Source of the DNA: Lytechinus pictus
Taxonomy: Eukaryota
Direction: 5' to 3'
Assembly: GCF_037042905.1 (NCBI RefSeq)
Contig: NC_087249.1
Coordinates: forward strand, 9,550,001-9,614,000
Length of the DNA stretch: 64,000 nucleotides
Part shown: in pieces, positions 25,033 to 38,339 of the stretch
Position numbering within the stretch: position 1 is the stretch's first letter
Layout: every line of letters begins with the position of its first letter
Position numbers and translations under genes: made by a program
The notes under the pieces: generated by a model
Databases searched by the model: none
What the model saw: the letters and a program-made list of their open reading frames with translations, nothing else
What the model was told of the DNA's origin: nothing

Positions 25033-26011
25033 TAGACAGCTGGCAGCCGTCCGTTTCGAGGAGTTTTAAAACATCTTTAATTTCTCCTCGTACACAGACG
25101 GCTCGCTATCATGCAGCCACTATTTAACAATGCAAAATCCCCCCGACGGGGCTCATCAATTTTTTTCTTTAACTGTACCAAAATAAAGATTATTATTCCG
25201 ATTTGGTCTGAAATGCAACAAAACGGGGAAAAACAAACTTAAAAAGGGGAAAAAACAGTGACTTACTTCGCCTGTCGCGCAACTTCACTTCCCTCTTTTA
25301 TCCAAACTTAAAGGACAAGTCTACCCCAACAAAAAGCAGATTTGAAAAGAAAGAGAAAAATCAAACAAGCATAACACTGAAAATTTCATCAAAATCGGAT
25401 GTAAAATAAGAAATTTATAGTTTCGCTTAATTTCACAATACAGTTATATGCACACCCTGTTCGGTATGCAAATGAGGGAACTGATGACATCACCCACTCA
25501 CTATTTCTTTTGGATTTTATTATATGAAATATTTTGATTTTCTCATCACTGTCATGTGAAACAAAGTTTAATTCCTCCCTGAACACATGGAATTCCATTT
25601 TACCATTTTGTGGTTCAAGCAAGGGGGTCCTAAAATTGAAATATTGTATAATTCAAACAATAAAAACAAAAGAAATAGTGAGTGAGTGATATCATCGACT
25701 CTCTCATTTGCATATCACTGAGTTGAACATATAACTATTTTGTGAAAAATAAGCGGAACTTTAAAATGTCATAATTTTCTTATTTTACATCCGATTTTGA
25801 TGAAGTTTTCAGCGGTATTCATGTTTGATTTTTCTCTATTTATTTAAATCAACTTTTTTCTGGGGTGGACTTGACCTTTCAATACATAAACATTATATGG
25901 TTGAGTCCCCTGTACAGATCGAGCTACAACTTCGGTCTCTGTATTTGGTGAGTGGAGCCAACGGAGTTCAGCAGAACAACCAACATAACAGAGACCGAAG
26001 CTTTTGGTCTA
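25033..26011. mobile_element. Family F element (TAGAC...GTCTA, 9-bp TSD), copy 1, with a nested TTAA MITE
   Basis: TSD AGGCTTTTC at 25024-25032 and 26017-26025 (5 extra bases before the right TSD); homologous to 63426-63868. Confidence 0.8.
25312..25877. mobile_element. ~570-610-bp TTAA/Kolobok-like MITE family G
   Basis: AGGACAAGTC.ACCCC ... GGGGTGGACTTGACCT; the empty TTAA site is visible in copy 63426-63868; other copies at 30725-31332 and 43515-44103, partial at ~9700-10080, related at ~62405-63002. Confidence 0.85.
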
Positions 26012-26293
26012 ACTTAAGGCTTTTCATGATTGTAAATTAGGCCTAGTGGCCTCATAGACATAGTGATCATGGTGATAGTCAAATCAAAAAGAAGCCTGAA
26101 TAAATTATATAATTTTTGATGAAAGTCTGAAGACACAAGCAGCATCTATGTCTTATTAATACAAGAGTCTAGACGATGAAGGCCTATATGAGGCCCATGC
26201 AGTCCCTTTCTCCCCTGTGTCTGTGACCTGTCTCACTTTGTATGGCAGTGAGTAAAAACATCAAATCATCAAAAATGTGAGTTAAATGTGGTA

Positions 26294-26919
26294 TGGTTGG
26301 AACGACCCCTTATCGACCACCTAATCTTCTAAGCATCGTATCTGCGAAAATATTCATAAATTTTACCAAGTTTTCGTCTCATTTGTGCAGAAAATTGAGC
26401 AAATCAGATTCCCATGTTTCGCTCGGCGACTCCGATTCAATCCGTGTACATTGTATATATCAACGAACAACGAATACGACGATTTTACATTTGCTCATTT
26501 GCACCCGTCTTATGAAACCGACCACCCGCAGTACATTAAGTTTACGGCCGATTCTTGTCGCGGTGGCAAAATATTTTTACTCTTCCAAATCAGTTCTATG
26601 ATGTCAACATGCTAAATGATCGTCTCACTACTTCCACTGCGAGCTCCGGCACATGATTCGACGATTTGTTCTAGAGCCGTTTCCTATCGGATTTCTTAGT
26701 TTTTCAGCAGGGTTTGGGTCTGGTCAATACAATTTTGATTAATTCTACTAAATTTTTACTTTTTGTTGCTTCTTTTTTTTTCTCGTAAAATCGATTCTTA
26801 CCGTTTCTATGGACACTGCGCCTACTCTCCCGCGCGGATCGTTTGTAATACGCAATAATTTTAACGCGCGCAAAGTGGTCGATTTCAAATGAGGTGGTCG
26901 ATATGTGGTAGTCTCACCA
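26294..26919. mobile_element. CpG-rich TA-flanked non-autonomous DNA element
   Basis: TA|TGGT...TATCGACCACCT (26311-26322) mirrored by AGGTGGTCGATA (26892-26903)...ACCA|TA. Confidence 0.6.
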
Positions 26920-29671
26920 TACTAACCGATTCTATAGCATTTTGACGTCAATCTTATACAAATATTTCACTTTTTAAGCTTGAGTTTTTGTTTAAATCTC
27001 CACAAAACTTTGGTCCGCGAAGTTAGGTCACACTTTTTCAGAACAGTTTTCCAGCACAACGCGCATTCGCCGATCGGAATAGAATTTTGAGATCGCGATA
27101 CCGGCGAAACCCCTTGAGGCTTGACCTACTTTACATTTTCGTCCATGATTTTATAGTTTACGATCTTGCCGTTAAAACTTAATGTGGTAACTATTTCTTG
27201 AATTGATTTTGTATAAATTATGAATATTTTGTTAACAAATTTAAGCCTGGTGAATATTTTTGATAAGTCTGCGAAGTTTGGACACCCCATCATACATCCA
27301 TGACATCTGCTAATTCTCTTTCTCCGCCGTCACAGCGGGCCAGACCGCTGCTCCTGGGGCTCTGGACCGTCAACCGAGCCGGCCGAGGTGGATGGATCAA
27401 GCTTGGCCACTTGTCTCGACTTGGGCAACATCGCATGACATGCCTACGGCTACAGGTAGCCGAGCTTGATCAATTTCCACGGGAGCGGGCCGGGGCGGTG
27501 TATCGGACATTTCGATAGGTCCTGCAGCGTATCTATCACACTGCTTTTATCTGATCAGTTTCATTTATGATCAACGAGTCGATTCACCAATTTAACTACA
27601 ACACATCAGAAAGAACATTTGCACTATCAACAAAACTAAGAAACAATAATGTTTATATACCAATACTTAATAACGGCAGAAACTAATATTTAGCCTAATT
27701 TGTCTTACCCTTCCAGGAGATATCATTCATCAAAACATATCCCACAATGCAATGCATCTATGTGAAAGCGCGCCACCTATTTTATCACATGCTTGCTGCT
27801 TTTTCATGGCTGCCTTGTCTCTGTGTGAAATCCCAATTGGACATCAAAAACTGTCTTGCAAATTTGGTTGTGAGTATGATAAGGTCATTAATTGTTAATG
27901 AATTTTGTAGAACAGATGTTCACAACAAAGAAAATAACAAGTTTTAAGTTTTTGCAGGTATCAAATATGAGATGAATTAATTTGAAAACATGATTTTGAC
28001 ATGAACATGATGAACTTGCTTGATTGCAGTGTAGTGCAGTATATATGGCCATGGCTAAGGCTAAGCACTTGTGTTTTAATGCAATTTGTACTTGGCCAAC
28101 TTGGGTAAATAAAAGAAGACCCCCTAATTCAAAATTTTCATATGTCGATGCCATATCCATTATCCATATATGATTTGGTCATGCTGATTATTACTGTTTT
28201 TTATCATTAGAATTTAAATAGTTTGTCAGTCCAGGAAACAATGAATGAGTTGTGTTTTCCTACTCCTGAGTCCTAGTTAAGCTTGGAACTTCTGGAAGAT
28301 CGACTTTAGGAGTCTGTTCTTTTCTTCAGAAATTATTATCTTTATAACAGTTCACGTAAGAGTCGGTCAAAAATGAAATAATACATTACATTTTACTTAA
28401 TATAGGCTAGACTATCCTGATTTTTTTTGGTTCTAATTAACATTAATTGAAATAAAATGAGTGAGCAAACATTGAAGGCAAAATGTTTTACAGGAGATGA
28501 TCGAGTTGAATTTTAGCATTTCTTGCTTAATTTCAGTTCATGCTCACTTGGCCTTATGATCAATATGTAAGAGTAATTGCCTGTTCTTACCTTTCTTGCC
28601 AAGCTCACAGAGAAAGGAAGTTGGATCAATGGAGGACGAAAATAAATGATCCAATCCGAGATTAGAAACTAGAATTGTAGAAAGTGAACTTAACGTTTTG
28701 TTGAGTTAACGGAAAAAGGAATTTTTAGTGCAGAACAAAAATAATAAGGCCTATAAGTCCAAGAAGAGAAAGTGAAGAGGTGTTTCGGAGTTGTGCTGTG
28801 CTGAGCCCAACGCATACACACGCTTGAAGAATCGGATCATCCCAAATTTAGGATCAGCTTATACTAGTGACGACAGTCTGTGTTCACATTTCGAGACAAC
28901 CGCGTGGGCTTTTCTCAAAAGGATGGGTTGAGGGAGGGGAGTCAAATTAACCACCTTTTTAAGACAACTTAATTTTTTTACTTAAAAGGGGATATAGGCC
29001 TATTTATTTGCACACTGGCTGACGGGGTGGTTGCAAATGAGGCATTATGAGGGAACCGATCTTGTAACCCATTCGCTAATTTTGTATTTTATTTATAAAG
29101 AAATACAGTATTTCTTTATAAAATAAAAAAGTAGTGATACAAAAAAAGATACAGTATTACACTGTATATTTTTTGTTCCTTATGATGTGAAACAAGTTAT
29201 TTCTACTTGAATATGTGGGATTGCCATTGTTGCAACATATTGTCATCCAATGAAGAGCTTCCTTTTTGTCAAATCTGCAGAAAATAAGATAGTGTTGTAT
29301 GAATATATTTCATTTAAAATATTTGAAATATTCCCTCTTTGATGTAAATTTGATGGTGTGATGTATCAACTCACTCTCAATTCTACATAGTTTATAAGCA
29401 ATCTATCTTTCTTAATTTCACTTTCAATATTGATGAAATTTAAGTGTATTGCTCAAGTTTGATTTTTCTTTATTAAAAAATTTCAATTCCAATTTTCTTT
29501 TGGGGGGGTGGACTTGCCCTTTAAAGGAGAAGTTCACCCTGACAAAAATTTGTTTGTAAATATAGCATAAAATATAATAAAAACATTGGTGATGGTGTGA
29601 AGTAAACCATCAAAGAATTAAAAAGTTATTAGAATTTGATTTTTTTTTATTTGTGATGTCATATTAGAGCA

Positions 29672-30511
29672 TAGACAGGAATAACCGTAGTTTCTGGGGA
29701 TTTATTCAACAATTTCTGACATTTTACTGTAATCCCCATTTACCGACGGTAGGGTGTACGTGTGGGCTCGCATGTGTTCTCATTCCCTCCCTTTTGTCAA
29801 TTCACAGTCCAAAGTTTGATGTAATTTTACACATCGAATATACAATCTAAGGATGTATAAACAACAAACTTTTAAAACTTGATATGTCAATGTTTGAATA
29901 CTTTAAACGATATAGATGAAAAAGGCATGAAAAATATACTTTACCGATGTTTAATTGGGTTGAACACGATAAAAATGGTCAAAATGGCAGCCAAACTATA
30001 AAATATTTACAAACGAACGTCAACAATCACGAATGTGATATCGATATTGCTTTCGATATTATACGATCTGCTCCATATGCGAACGAAACCGAAGATAAAC
30101 GATACTACTTATACTAGTACTAGTACTAGTTATAATCGCGATATTTCGATTCGAGACATTAAGTTAATAACGATAATGACGTCATTCAAGATGGCAACTT
30201 GCAAGAAAAACCGTCAGGTCAGGTGAAAATGTCTTAGATGACAGATTTCTCAATCATCCAGAGGATTTTTTTCAATAACTCCGGCCCAAGGTATGCAATT
30301 ACTTAAGTTTTTTATATTTCCCTGATAATGGAAACCATGAAACTTTCAATTTTGCTTAAAAAACAGTTTTAAATCGCGATCTATAAAACGCTAGTTCACT
30401 ATACGTTGGCTGTAGGTACGGGGCCCCATCCCCTTCAGTCTATGTATGGTGAGTGGAGCCAACGTAGTTCAGCGGAACAACCAAAATACAGAGACTGAAG
30501 CTTTTGGTCTA
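29672..30511. mobile_element. Family F-related element, copy 2 (840 bp), perfect 9-bp TSD
   Basis: ATTAGAGCA|TAGAC ... GTCTA|ATTAGAGCA; the right ~80 bp are homologous to the other F copies. Confidence 0.85.
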
Positions 30512-30724
30512 ATTAGAGCAGTGTTCCCACATATTGTATTGTACAAAATCAATCCAATTTCATTTTCTCAGGAAATTGAAAATAGTTTTTATTGTACCTT
30601 CAGTATATAGACAAATCATTTCACAACCGCTCCTGAATTAAATGAAAAAGAAATGAGTCATCACAAACTAATAAAAATTTGAAATTTATGCATTTGATAT
30701 TACATAACATATGGGGTTCTTTAA

Positions 30725-31332
30725 AGGACAAGTCCACCCCAACAAAAAGTTTATTTGAAAGAAGTAGAAAAATCCAACAAGCAAAACACTGAAAATTTCA
30801 TCAGAATCGGATGTAAAATAAGAAAGTTATGACATTTTAAAGTTTCGCTTAATTTCACAAAACAGTTATAATATGTACATCCTGGTCAGTATGCAAATTG
30901 GCAGACTGATGACATCACCCACTCACTATTTCTTTTGTATTTTATTATATTAAATATGAAATATTCTAATTTTCTCCTCCTTGTCAAGTGAAACAAAGTT
31001 TTATTTCTTCCTGAACATGTTGAATTACCATTATTTGAACAATTAATGGTTAAGATAAGTTGGTCCTTATTGTTAAATTTGTAAAAATTGAAATATTGTA
31101 TTATTCAAACAATAAAAAACACAAGAAATAGTGAGTGATGGACATCATCGACACTCATTTGCATATCGCTGAGTTGTGCATTTAACTGTTTTGTGAAAAA
31201 TAAGCAAAACTTTAAAATGTCATAACTTTCTTATTTTACATAGATCTGATTTTGATAAAATTTTCAGCGTTATGTTTGTTTGATTTTTCTCTATCGATTC
31301 ATATCAACAATTTTCTGGGGTGGACTTGACCT
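30725..31332. mobile_element. MITE family G copy
   Basis: same TIR and body as 25312-25877. Confidence 0.85.
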
Positions 31333-31602
31333 TTTATGACGTCGCAAATAAAACACTTTAAAGTTAAATTCAAATAACTTTCATAATCTTTTATAGATTT
31401 TCACCAAACCTTCATCAATATCTTTTATTACCAGTTTTTTCTCTGGTATTTTCAGTACAAACGTTTTGTCAGGGAGAACTTCTCCTTTAATCAAGATCCT
31501 TTCTCATATAGAGAAAGAAATAAAAAAAAATATGTTTGTCATATATATATATATTAATATTTTGCATTTTAGTATACCTGTGACGCACTCAGCCTGTGAA
31601 GG

Positions 31603-31912
31603 ATGGCTAGTACGGATCCAGTTGAGGAGGAAATGGGAGACATCCTATCAGCCTTCGGAATCCCAGACCTAGCCAAGCATATCATCCCTATCCCATTGCC
31701 TCCACTTGACGTCGATGACGAGGAAACACCGGGTGGATCCAGGGGGGATCCAGAGGGGGAGGACCCAGAGAAGGATCATCCAAAGAAGGAGAAGGAGAAA
31801 GTTGGGGCTGAAGGAGGAGACACCAGCAAGGATAGAGATGAGGATGAAGGAGATGATGATCAAGATGAGGGTACCAAAGCACAGGAAGCGGAAGAAATAA
31901 CGGATGACAAAG
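31603..31912 (+). CDS. ZNF532/592/687-like first coding exon (acidic N-terminus)
   Basis: acceptor tttag| at 31572, ATG at 31603, donor GT at 31913. Confidence 0.88.
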
Positions 31913-34900
31913 GTAAATGGGAGTTTGGTTCGGTGATGTCAAGTTATGTGTTGCCAATATTGTTCTTAGTCATTCCAGGATCGGAATCGTAATCATGTTC
32001 TAGCGGTCGTAGGTTCCCAGATGGTCCAGGAGGGACTTTGCATCATTTCATTACGACTGTAGCCTGGTGGAAAAGAAACGATATCTAGGCTTTGCCCGAT
32101 ATTTGGTAGAATTTCTTTGATTGCATTTTTTATAATTTGAGAAAAGTAATGCATTGGTTTGGCTTCATGTTATTTCTATAATAGGTGACTGCAGAAACCC
32201 TTTTTTTGATATTGAAGTTCTGTCCTTGGTTGTATATAGTCTATGTACAACATCATGAACTATATAGAAAGTTGGAAACCAAATTTTGTGCACACTGCTA
32301 TTGATCATGATCCCAGGCATTTGCAGAAAGAGATGTTGGCAAAAATGTGGGTCTGTGTTCTGGGAAAAGGCATGATTGAAAGAAAGATCATAACTTTGAA
32401 ACATAAATAGTTTGACGAGGCTTATATAATTTGGTTGTATAAATGGAACAGGTACATCAAACATTTGGGTGTGGTGCTAGATGGAGGGGGCAGGGGTGAA
32501 TGCCTCTTCCCCCATGATAATGGGAAAAAATGAATGAAAGAAAAGTATAAAAAAGAGGGATTTGAAATTGAATAAGTTTCTTTATCCAATGCGTCCCACA
32601 AAAAGCAAAACCAAGAATCATTGATGATTTATCATATCTTAATCACAAGAACAATTCACAAAGTTGACCTATCGTTGTAAAGTTAGGACCTCTTTTTTCT
32701 TCTCATATAACTTAGATGATCGTTCATACATGCATTAGTGAGTTAAAACAATTTGAAGAAAGGATACCAAAAAAGTCACTTGGCAGATGGTATCTGAATT
32801 TCAAAAAGAAAATCACATTTATAGAAAGTTCAATAACTGCCCTTTGATTTGACACCTCAATCACAGTAAATGGTCCAGAAATATCAAAGTTCTGTTTCTA
32901 TGAAATAATTCTATGAAATAATACTTGTATTTCCATTATTTCATTAAACAATTTTTTTTCACAGATTCTCTACCGTAGCTAATGCTCAATGAACTAAAGA
33001 CTTTATGAAAAAAATGAAAGTCCATATTTTATTGTTCAAAATGAAATCTGAAATAGAAATACTCTGAAAATTCTTTTTGCCTAGTTGATCGTGGGCCCGG
33101 CAGCCACTGTGCAGCGCCAGATCGACGTAGCTCTAATCATCAGTTCGTCTATGACCATTTTGTCTCATAACCAGTTGGTCTAATATCCATCTTAATTTCA
33201 TTCATTTTGCCCAATTAATACTTAATCCACTAAGATCAAATGGTATATGGACTCCTGTCTGTATGGACTAAATGACTATTGGACCAACTGGTTATAAGAT
33301 GAAATGATGAGTGGACGAAATGCAGTTAGATCATGTGGATAGTAGATGAACTCATGATAGACCAAATGATAGGAGACGAGTTGGTAATTGGACGAAGTGG
33401 CATTAGACCAATTGGAAATAAACCAATAAATTAACATTTATACTCATTCATCCAATTATGAAGTTTTCCTTATTAATTTTTTGCAGAGAATCTTGAAGAA
33501 GATATGGCAATGGAGACTGATGAAGGTACAGACAGCATTACCGATGTCAGCCAAAATGAAGATGAAGCTCCTTCTCAAGACAGGAAAATAGAAACATCCA
33601 TTAAGCAACCTCAAAAGGCTGTCCCTGATCTTGGTCTGAAGCAGAGTGTAGCATCCCTTCATGAGGATGAGACAGGTGCCCAAAAGACCTCCTTGATCAA
33701 GGAACTTCTGAAGTCCACTTCCAAACCAGTGATGACGTCACGGCTTCAAGGTGCTCTTCAACCTCCAGATACATCTCTTGATGTTCCTGAGGAACCGGAC
33801 ATGGAGGACAACCCAGAGTCTCTGACATCGGTAGATGAGTTCAACTCGTTTCTTGATCGCTATAAGGAGGGTCGTGAACTGAAGGCAATGAAGCTGGCAA
33901 TGTTGGGAAAGCCCAACAGCGTTGCTACGTACCACTGTCCAGATCTCACCAAGGAGCAGATGAAAGTCCTGGACATGGATAACACGACTTTCCAGTGTCC
34001 TGGTTGCAATGACACGTACCTCTTCAAGGCGAGCCTGGATGCCCATCTGAATCGTAGGACAGTCCTGGTGACATTTCGCTGCAAGTTTTGCACAGGGAGA
34101 AAAAATCTTGTCTTCTACAACAAGTGCACGTTCCTTGCTCACCTGCATTACCATAACGCGCCTGAAAGTGACATAGAAAACATTAAATCACAAGCTTCCA
34201 TTAGTCCTGTGAATGCCCTGGCCTGTTTGAAGGCATATACGATGCTGACAGCACCAGAGAAGAAAAAGGTAACCGCCAATAAATCTAGTGTTGCGAGCCA
34301 TGCTGCTTTGAAGAATCCATCAACACCATCTATTACACATAGCACCACAACATCAAAACAGTCTGACACACCTCCAAGTGCAGTAAAAACTCAAGTGATT
34401 AATAAACCGAGAGCTGTCGTTTTGCACCCTAAAAATACAAATCAATTACAATTAGTTCAAAAAGATGGCCAAACTTCTTATTTGTGTATGGGATGTAACG
34501 TGAGGTATGAGAAGATGATCCATCTGAGTAGTCATTTAGGCAGGTCTGATCATGTACCAAAGGCGAAGTATGGACACAAAGCTTGTCTTCACCAGTGTAA
34601 TGTCTGCAAATTGCTTTTGGGCAATACCTGTAAGCTCAAGATGCACAGCATCATTCATAATGACCAAACAAAACCAATGCCCTGTCCAGAGTGTGGCTGC
34701 CTGTTCACTGATCTCAAATCGCTCTTGATTCATCAGAACGATGGATGCCTTCACTGGATGACGCGGCCACTCTTCAAGTGCTTCTTCTGCAACAAGTACG
34801 CCACCACCTTCCCGGGATTGGTGAAACACCTCGAGCAGTGCCATGTTGAGTCCTTCTTCAAGTGTCCCCTTTGCCAGCTGGCCTTCCGCACGAAGCAGTC

Positions 34901-36194
34901 GGCAAATGAGCACTCGCTGCAAATTCATAAACTGAGTAATGCCTCGTACAGTCTGCTACGCAAGTGCCCCTTCTGTAAGAGCGTGTACTCAGAGGGAGGC
35001 ATGTTATTGAACCATTTTGATGGTCACTTCAAGGAAGGACTCATTAAGATCGAGAAGTTTGTGTATACATGCCCCTTGTGCAATAGGCCTTTTGATTATA
35101 ATTTGGCCTTACTTAATCACCTGAAAAATGAGCACGGTAGATCCAGCACCAACATGTTCACCTGTGATTTGTGCCTCTCACCTTTCAGTTCTGTCACCAA
35201 TCTCATGATCCACAGACAAAGTTGCCATATAAAGCCTAATAAAGAGTTGCGTAACAGTGAGCCAGAGAAGAAGAATCCTGGCCAGTCTGCGGAAAACACA
35301 ATTGTATGTGGGGAATGTGGGGAGAAGCTCCCGAAATTCGACATGAATGCCCTCCGAAAGCACATGTTTGAAAAGCATGGAGGGCAAGTGAAAGATAGTC
35401 TAGCAATGCAGAAGAATAAAGAGGTCACAACTATTGATAAAGTACAAGAAGATGCCATCAGGCCAAAAGGATCAGGGGAATCGGCAAAGGACTCTTCGGT
35501 TACCAAGGCGGAGGCCACTAAGGTGACGGTAAGTCGCTTCACCGATCAGCAGTGTGCCAAATGTCAGTTCAAAAGCAAAGATCGACTGGTCTTTGAGAAA
35601 CACATCCGAGGGCACAAAGCAGACGATTCTCTCAACCAATGTCACGAGTGTGGTCTTTGCTTCACTGTATCAATGTCGTTGAAGAAGCATCTCTTTATCA
35701 AGCATAAGATCAAGAACATGGATCTCTACAACACCACGTACGATGATCTGATACCGAGATGGGAAGACGACATGAAAAAGAAGAAACTTGAGGAGGAGAA
35801 AGAGCGGGAATCCACGAAATCAGATATGAAGGAGGAAGATGATGGAAAAGCGCATCCAGCGTTTGAAGAGAAGGGCAATGCCGAAGAGGAGAAAGTGGAG
35901 GAGAGCAGTCTCTTCAAGTGCAAGGTTTGCAAGGTTGAGTTTGAGAATGAGAAAGCCCTCACCGTTCACGCGAGGAGCCATGGGCTGGCTTATCTGCAAC
36001 ATACACTCTCTAGGTCCCCGGAGAAAGCGGCACGTATGCTGAATTCAAAGCCGGCAGAATCGTCCCCACAATCACCGGAGGTTGTAGAAAAGCCAAAGAC
36101 ATCGCCCGTTGTGAAGCGAATGCTGCCATCAGACACTGATAGTAGTACCTCCAGTGATGAAGGCAGTTCCATTGAAGATCAAAATGGGAATTAA
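31603..36194 (+). CDS. ZNF532/ZNF592/ZNF687-family multi-C2H2 zinc-finger protein, 1005 aa, 2 coding exons
   Basis: join(31603..31912,33487..36194) = 3018 bp with a phase-1 intron (aag|gtaaat ... ttgcag|ag). N-terminal 'MGDILSAFGIPDL' resembles the family 'DDLLAAFDIPD' motif. 'CPGCNDTYLFKASLDAHLNRR...CKFC...NLVFYNKCTFLAHLHYH' resembles the family's diagnostic first fingers. Many further CxxC...HxxxH fingers follow. Likely co-ortholog of the three vertebrate paralogs, so no symbol is given. Confidence 0.9.
33487..36194 (+). CDS. ZNF532/592/687-like large zinc-finger exon
   Basis: 896-aa ORF 33504..36194, extended 5' to the acceptor at 33486. Confidence 0.96.
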
Positions 36195-37438
36195 CTTGTT
36201 AGCATTCCATTCCAGATTCCATTCCTCTTGATAAATGTCTAAAGCCTGGCATACACTATGCAATGATGCGATCCAAATTTCAAAGAAATTTCTATAACAT
36301 TTGATATGAACATTCCAACCAATAAAATCTTAGCAATCAGAATTGTGATAAGACTACTGAAATGTTGAACTTCAAATAAAATAATTTTGTTTCTTGGAAA
36401 TATTTGATGTAAAATGTGATTTATTTAAAAATCCTGTCACATCAGATTACATCGTGTGCGTTGGGCTTTATATGGAGATGCTGGAAGAAATTTTTTGAAA
36501 TCGATTGCATATTTCTGGTGCTAGTTTACAATTGATTCATCATATTTGTGTAACTACAGCAAATTGATCTTTGCTTTTTGTTGCAAGAAACAGACTAGCA
36601 ATCAAATGCAAATTTTTGTTATATAATTGCCAGCGTTATGATTGATTTTAGGGACCCAGGTTCGACTTGCAATTGATGACAAGTTTATTGCAATGCCCCA
36701 ATAAGGCCCTTATTCTGAAGTTGGGTTTGGTTTTATCTCCAGTCTAAAGATGTGTTTAACGATGAATAGCCACTCCTGACACAAATAACTATTCGTCAGC
36801 TGATCAGAGTTGATATTCAAGTCATTCATAAAATAATCTTTTTAACATTAAAGCGTGGAAAAGAAAGAACACATTAATCATTAAAAACAATAGGCCTATA
36901 CAATGCCAACAAAATTTTGACATATCATCATACCATATTTTTGTCACCGAGTTGTACCAAAGCCTATAATTAAACTATGGAATATGGGCCTAAATATTTT
37001 ATTCTTTTGTAAGTTAATTATCAGTTGTTTATATTGATTCTTTCAGGTACTGGTCATCCAAATTGTGTTAAAATTGGCAAATTATGCCAAATTTTTCATT
37101 TGGGACGGGATTTTACATTAAGCCAATTTTTCCAAAGCCAATGGACTTATTTTTGTTAACTTGACAAATTATATTACATGTAGTGTAGGATAGAACAACA
37201 GATGTATTTCTATTGCTGACTTTAAGTTGGTGCTATATAATAACTTCTGTTTAATGGGAGAGAGCTAATTTACTTTTTTTTTAAGTTGTCCATTGAAAGA
37301 TAAAAAAATGTACCAGATATTTACCCGATTGATATACAATTTTTCTCTGCCTCAAAAAGTTATATTTGAGGATATTTTGTGATTTCAAACGTTCTTCAGA
37401 TAACGGTTTTATCAGCTTATTACTAGGATCACTCCTAT

Positions 37439-37688
37439 GGGAAAGTCGTGGTCTAGTGGTTACGACTCTCGTCTTTTAACCCGAGGGACATGGGTTAGAT
37501 TCCAAGGCATGGCGTAATTTCCTTCAGCAAGAAATTTATTTCTAATGTGCTGCACTCGACCCAGGTGAGGTAAATGGGTACCTGGCAGGAATTTTTTCCT
37601 CTGCTAATGTCAGGGTTATTATGCTGCATTAATGTAGAGTGCTTAGAGACTTCTGATAAAGTGTTAAGCACTGTATTATTATTATTAT
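37439..37688 (+). mobile_element. tRNA-derived SINE with (ATT)n tail
   Basis: GTGGTCTAGTGG...GGGTTAGATTCC head; body TGCTGCACTC.ACCCAGGTGAGGTAAATGGGTACC shared with the copy at 45575-45929. Confidence 0.75.
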
Positions 37689-38339
37689 ATTCCTCAATAA
37701 TGGCACCAATATTTGCAACTTCTCAAATCTTTAATAGTGAATAAACTGGCAACGTTATTCGCAATATGATCTTTCAAGGTAAAAGATATGGCCTGCAAAC
37801 AAATACCAAAGTTACTATCCTAATGGAGAAAATGATTAAATCCATGAAATACAAATTATTATGAATTAAGAATTCCAAGTTATGGTCCAAATTGACTGGT
37901 TTAGCTCCACCAAGAACTGTATATTATCCTCTGTACTAACTTTGCAACTATCAAGAGAACTTTGGGCATTCAGTATTATGAAACAGAAGAAAATCAATTT
38001 TTTCATATTCTATTTCTTTGTTAATGTTATTATTTTGTTGAATCATTTGATTTTGAATGTTTTTTTTTTTAATTCACAGGGTCGAAGGAAATATAGTACC
38101 AAAGTGTGACATCATCAATTTTCTTCCTTTTTTTTTTTGCATTTCAGTATTTTTAATGAAATACTTCAGTAGAATATGATAAAATACCTTCAAAACCCAA
38201 AATTTGTGGGAATCGGTCCATGGTTGGTCAAGACATGACCTCATGAATAGTTGAATACATAAGTAGCTCCATTGAAATAAATATATTATTGGCCTGGTTG
38301 TAAATTATGTTATGATCCAGGCCAATAGTACATTGACTT

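Larger units (their letters stand above)
29525..31486. mobile_element. MITE family E copy containing nested family F (29672-30511) and family G (30725-31332) elements
   Basis: TTAA|AGGAGAAGTTCACCCTGACAAAA ... TTTTGTCAGGGAGAACTTCTCCT|TTAA; the remaining segments align with 13925-14381 and the 40349 copy. Confidence 0.8.

Noticed and set aside
25930..26000. Hammerhead ribozyme in the family F hairpin
   Set aside because: Neither strand has the CUGANGA...GAAA core; the reverse strand has only CUGCUGA.
26293..26615. Transposase fragment in the TA-flanked element
   Set aside because: The ORFs show no recognisable HTH or DDE motifs.
33738..36172. Multiple antisense ORFs over the ZNF exon
   Set aside because: Shadow ORFs of the real + strand coding sequence, with no independent motifs.
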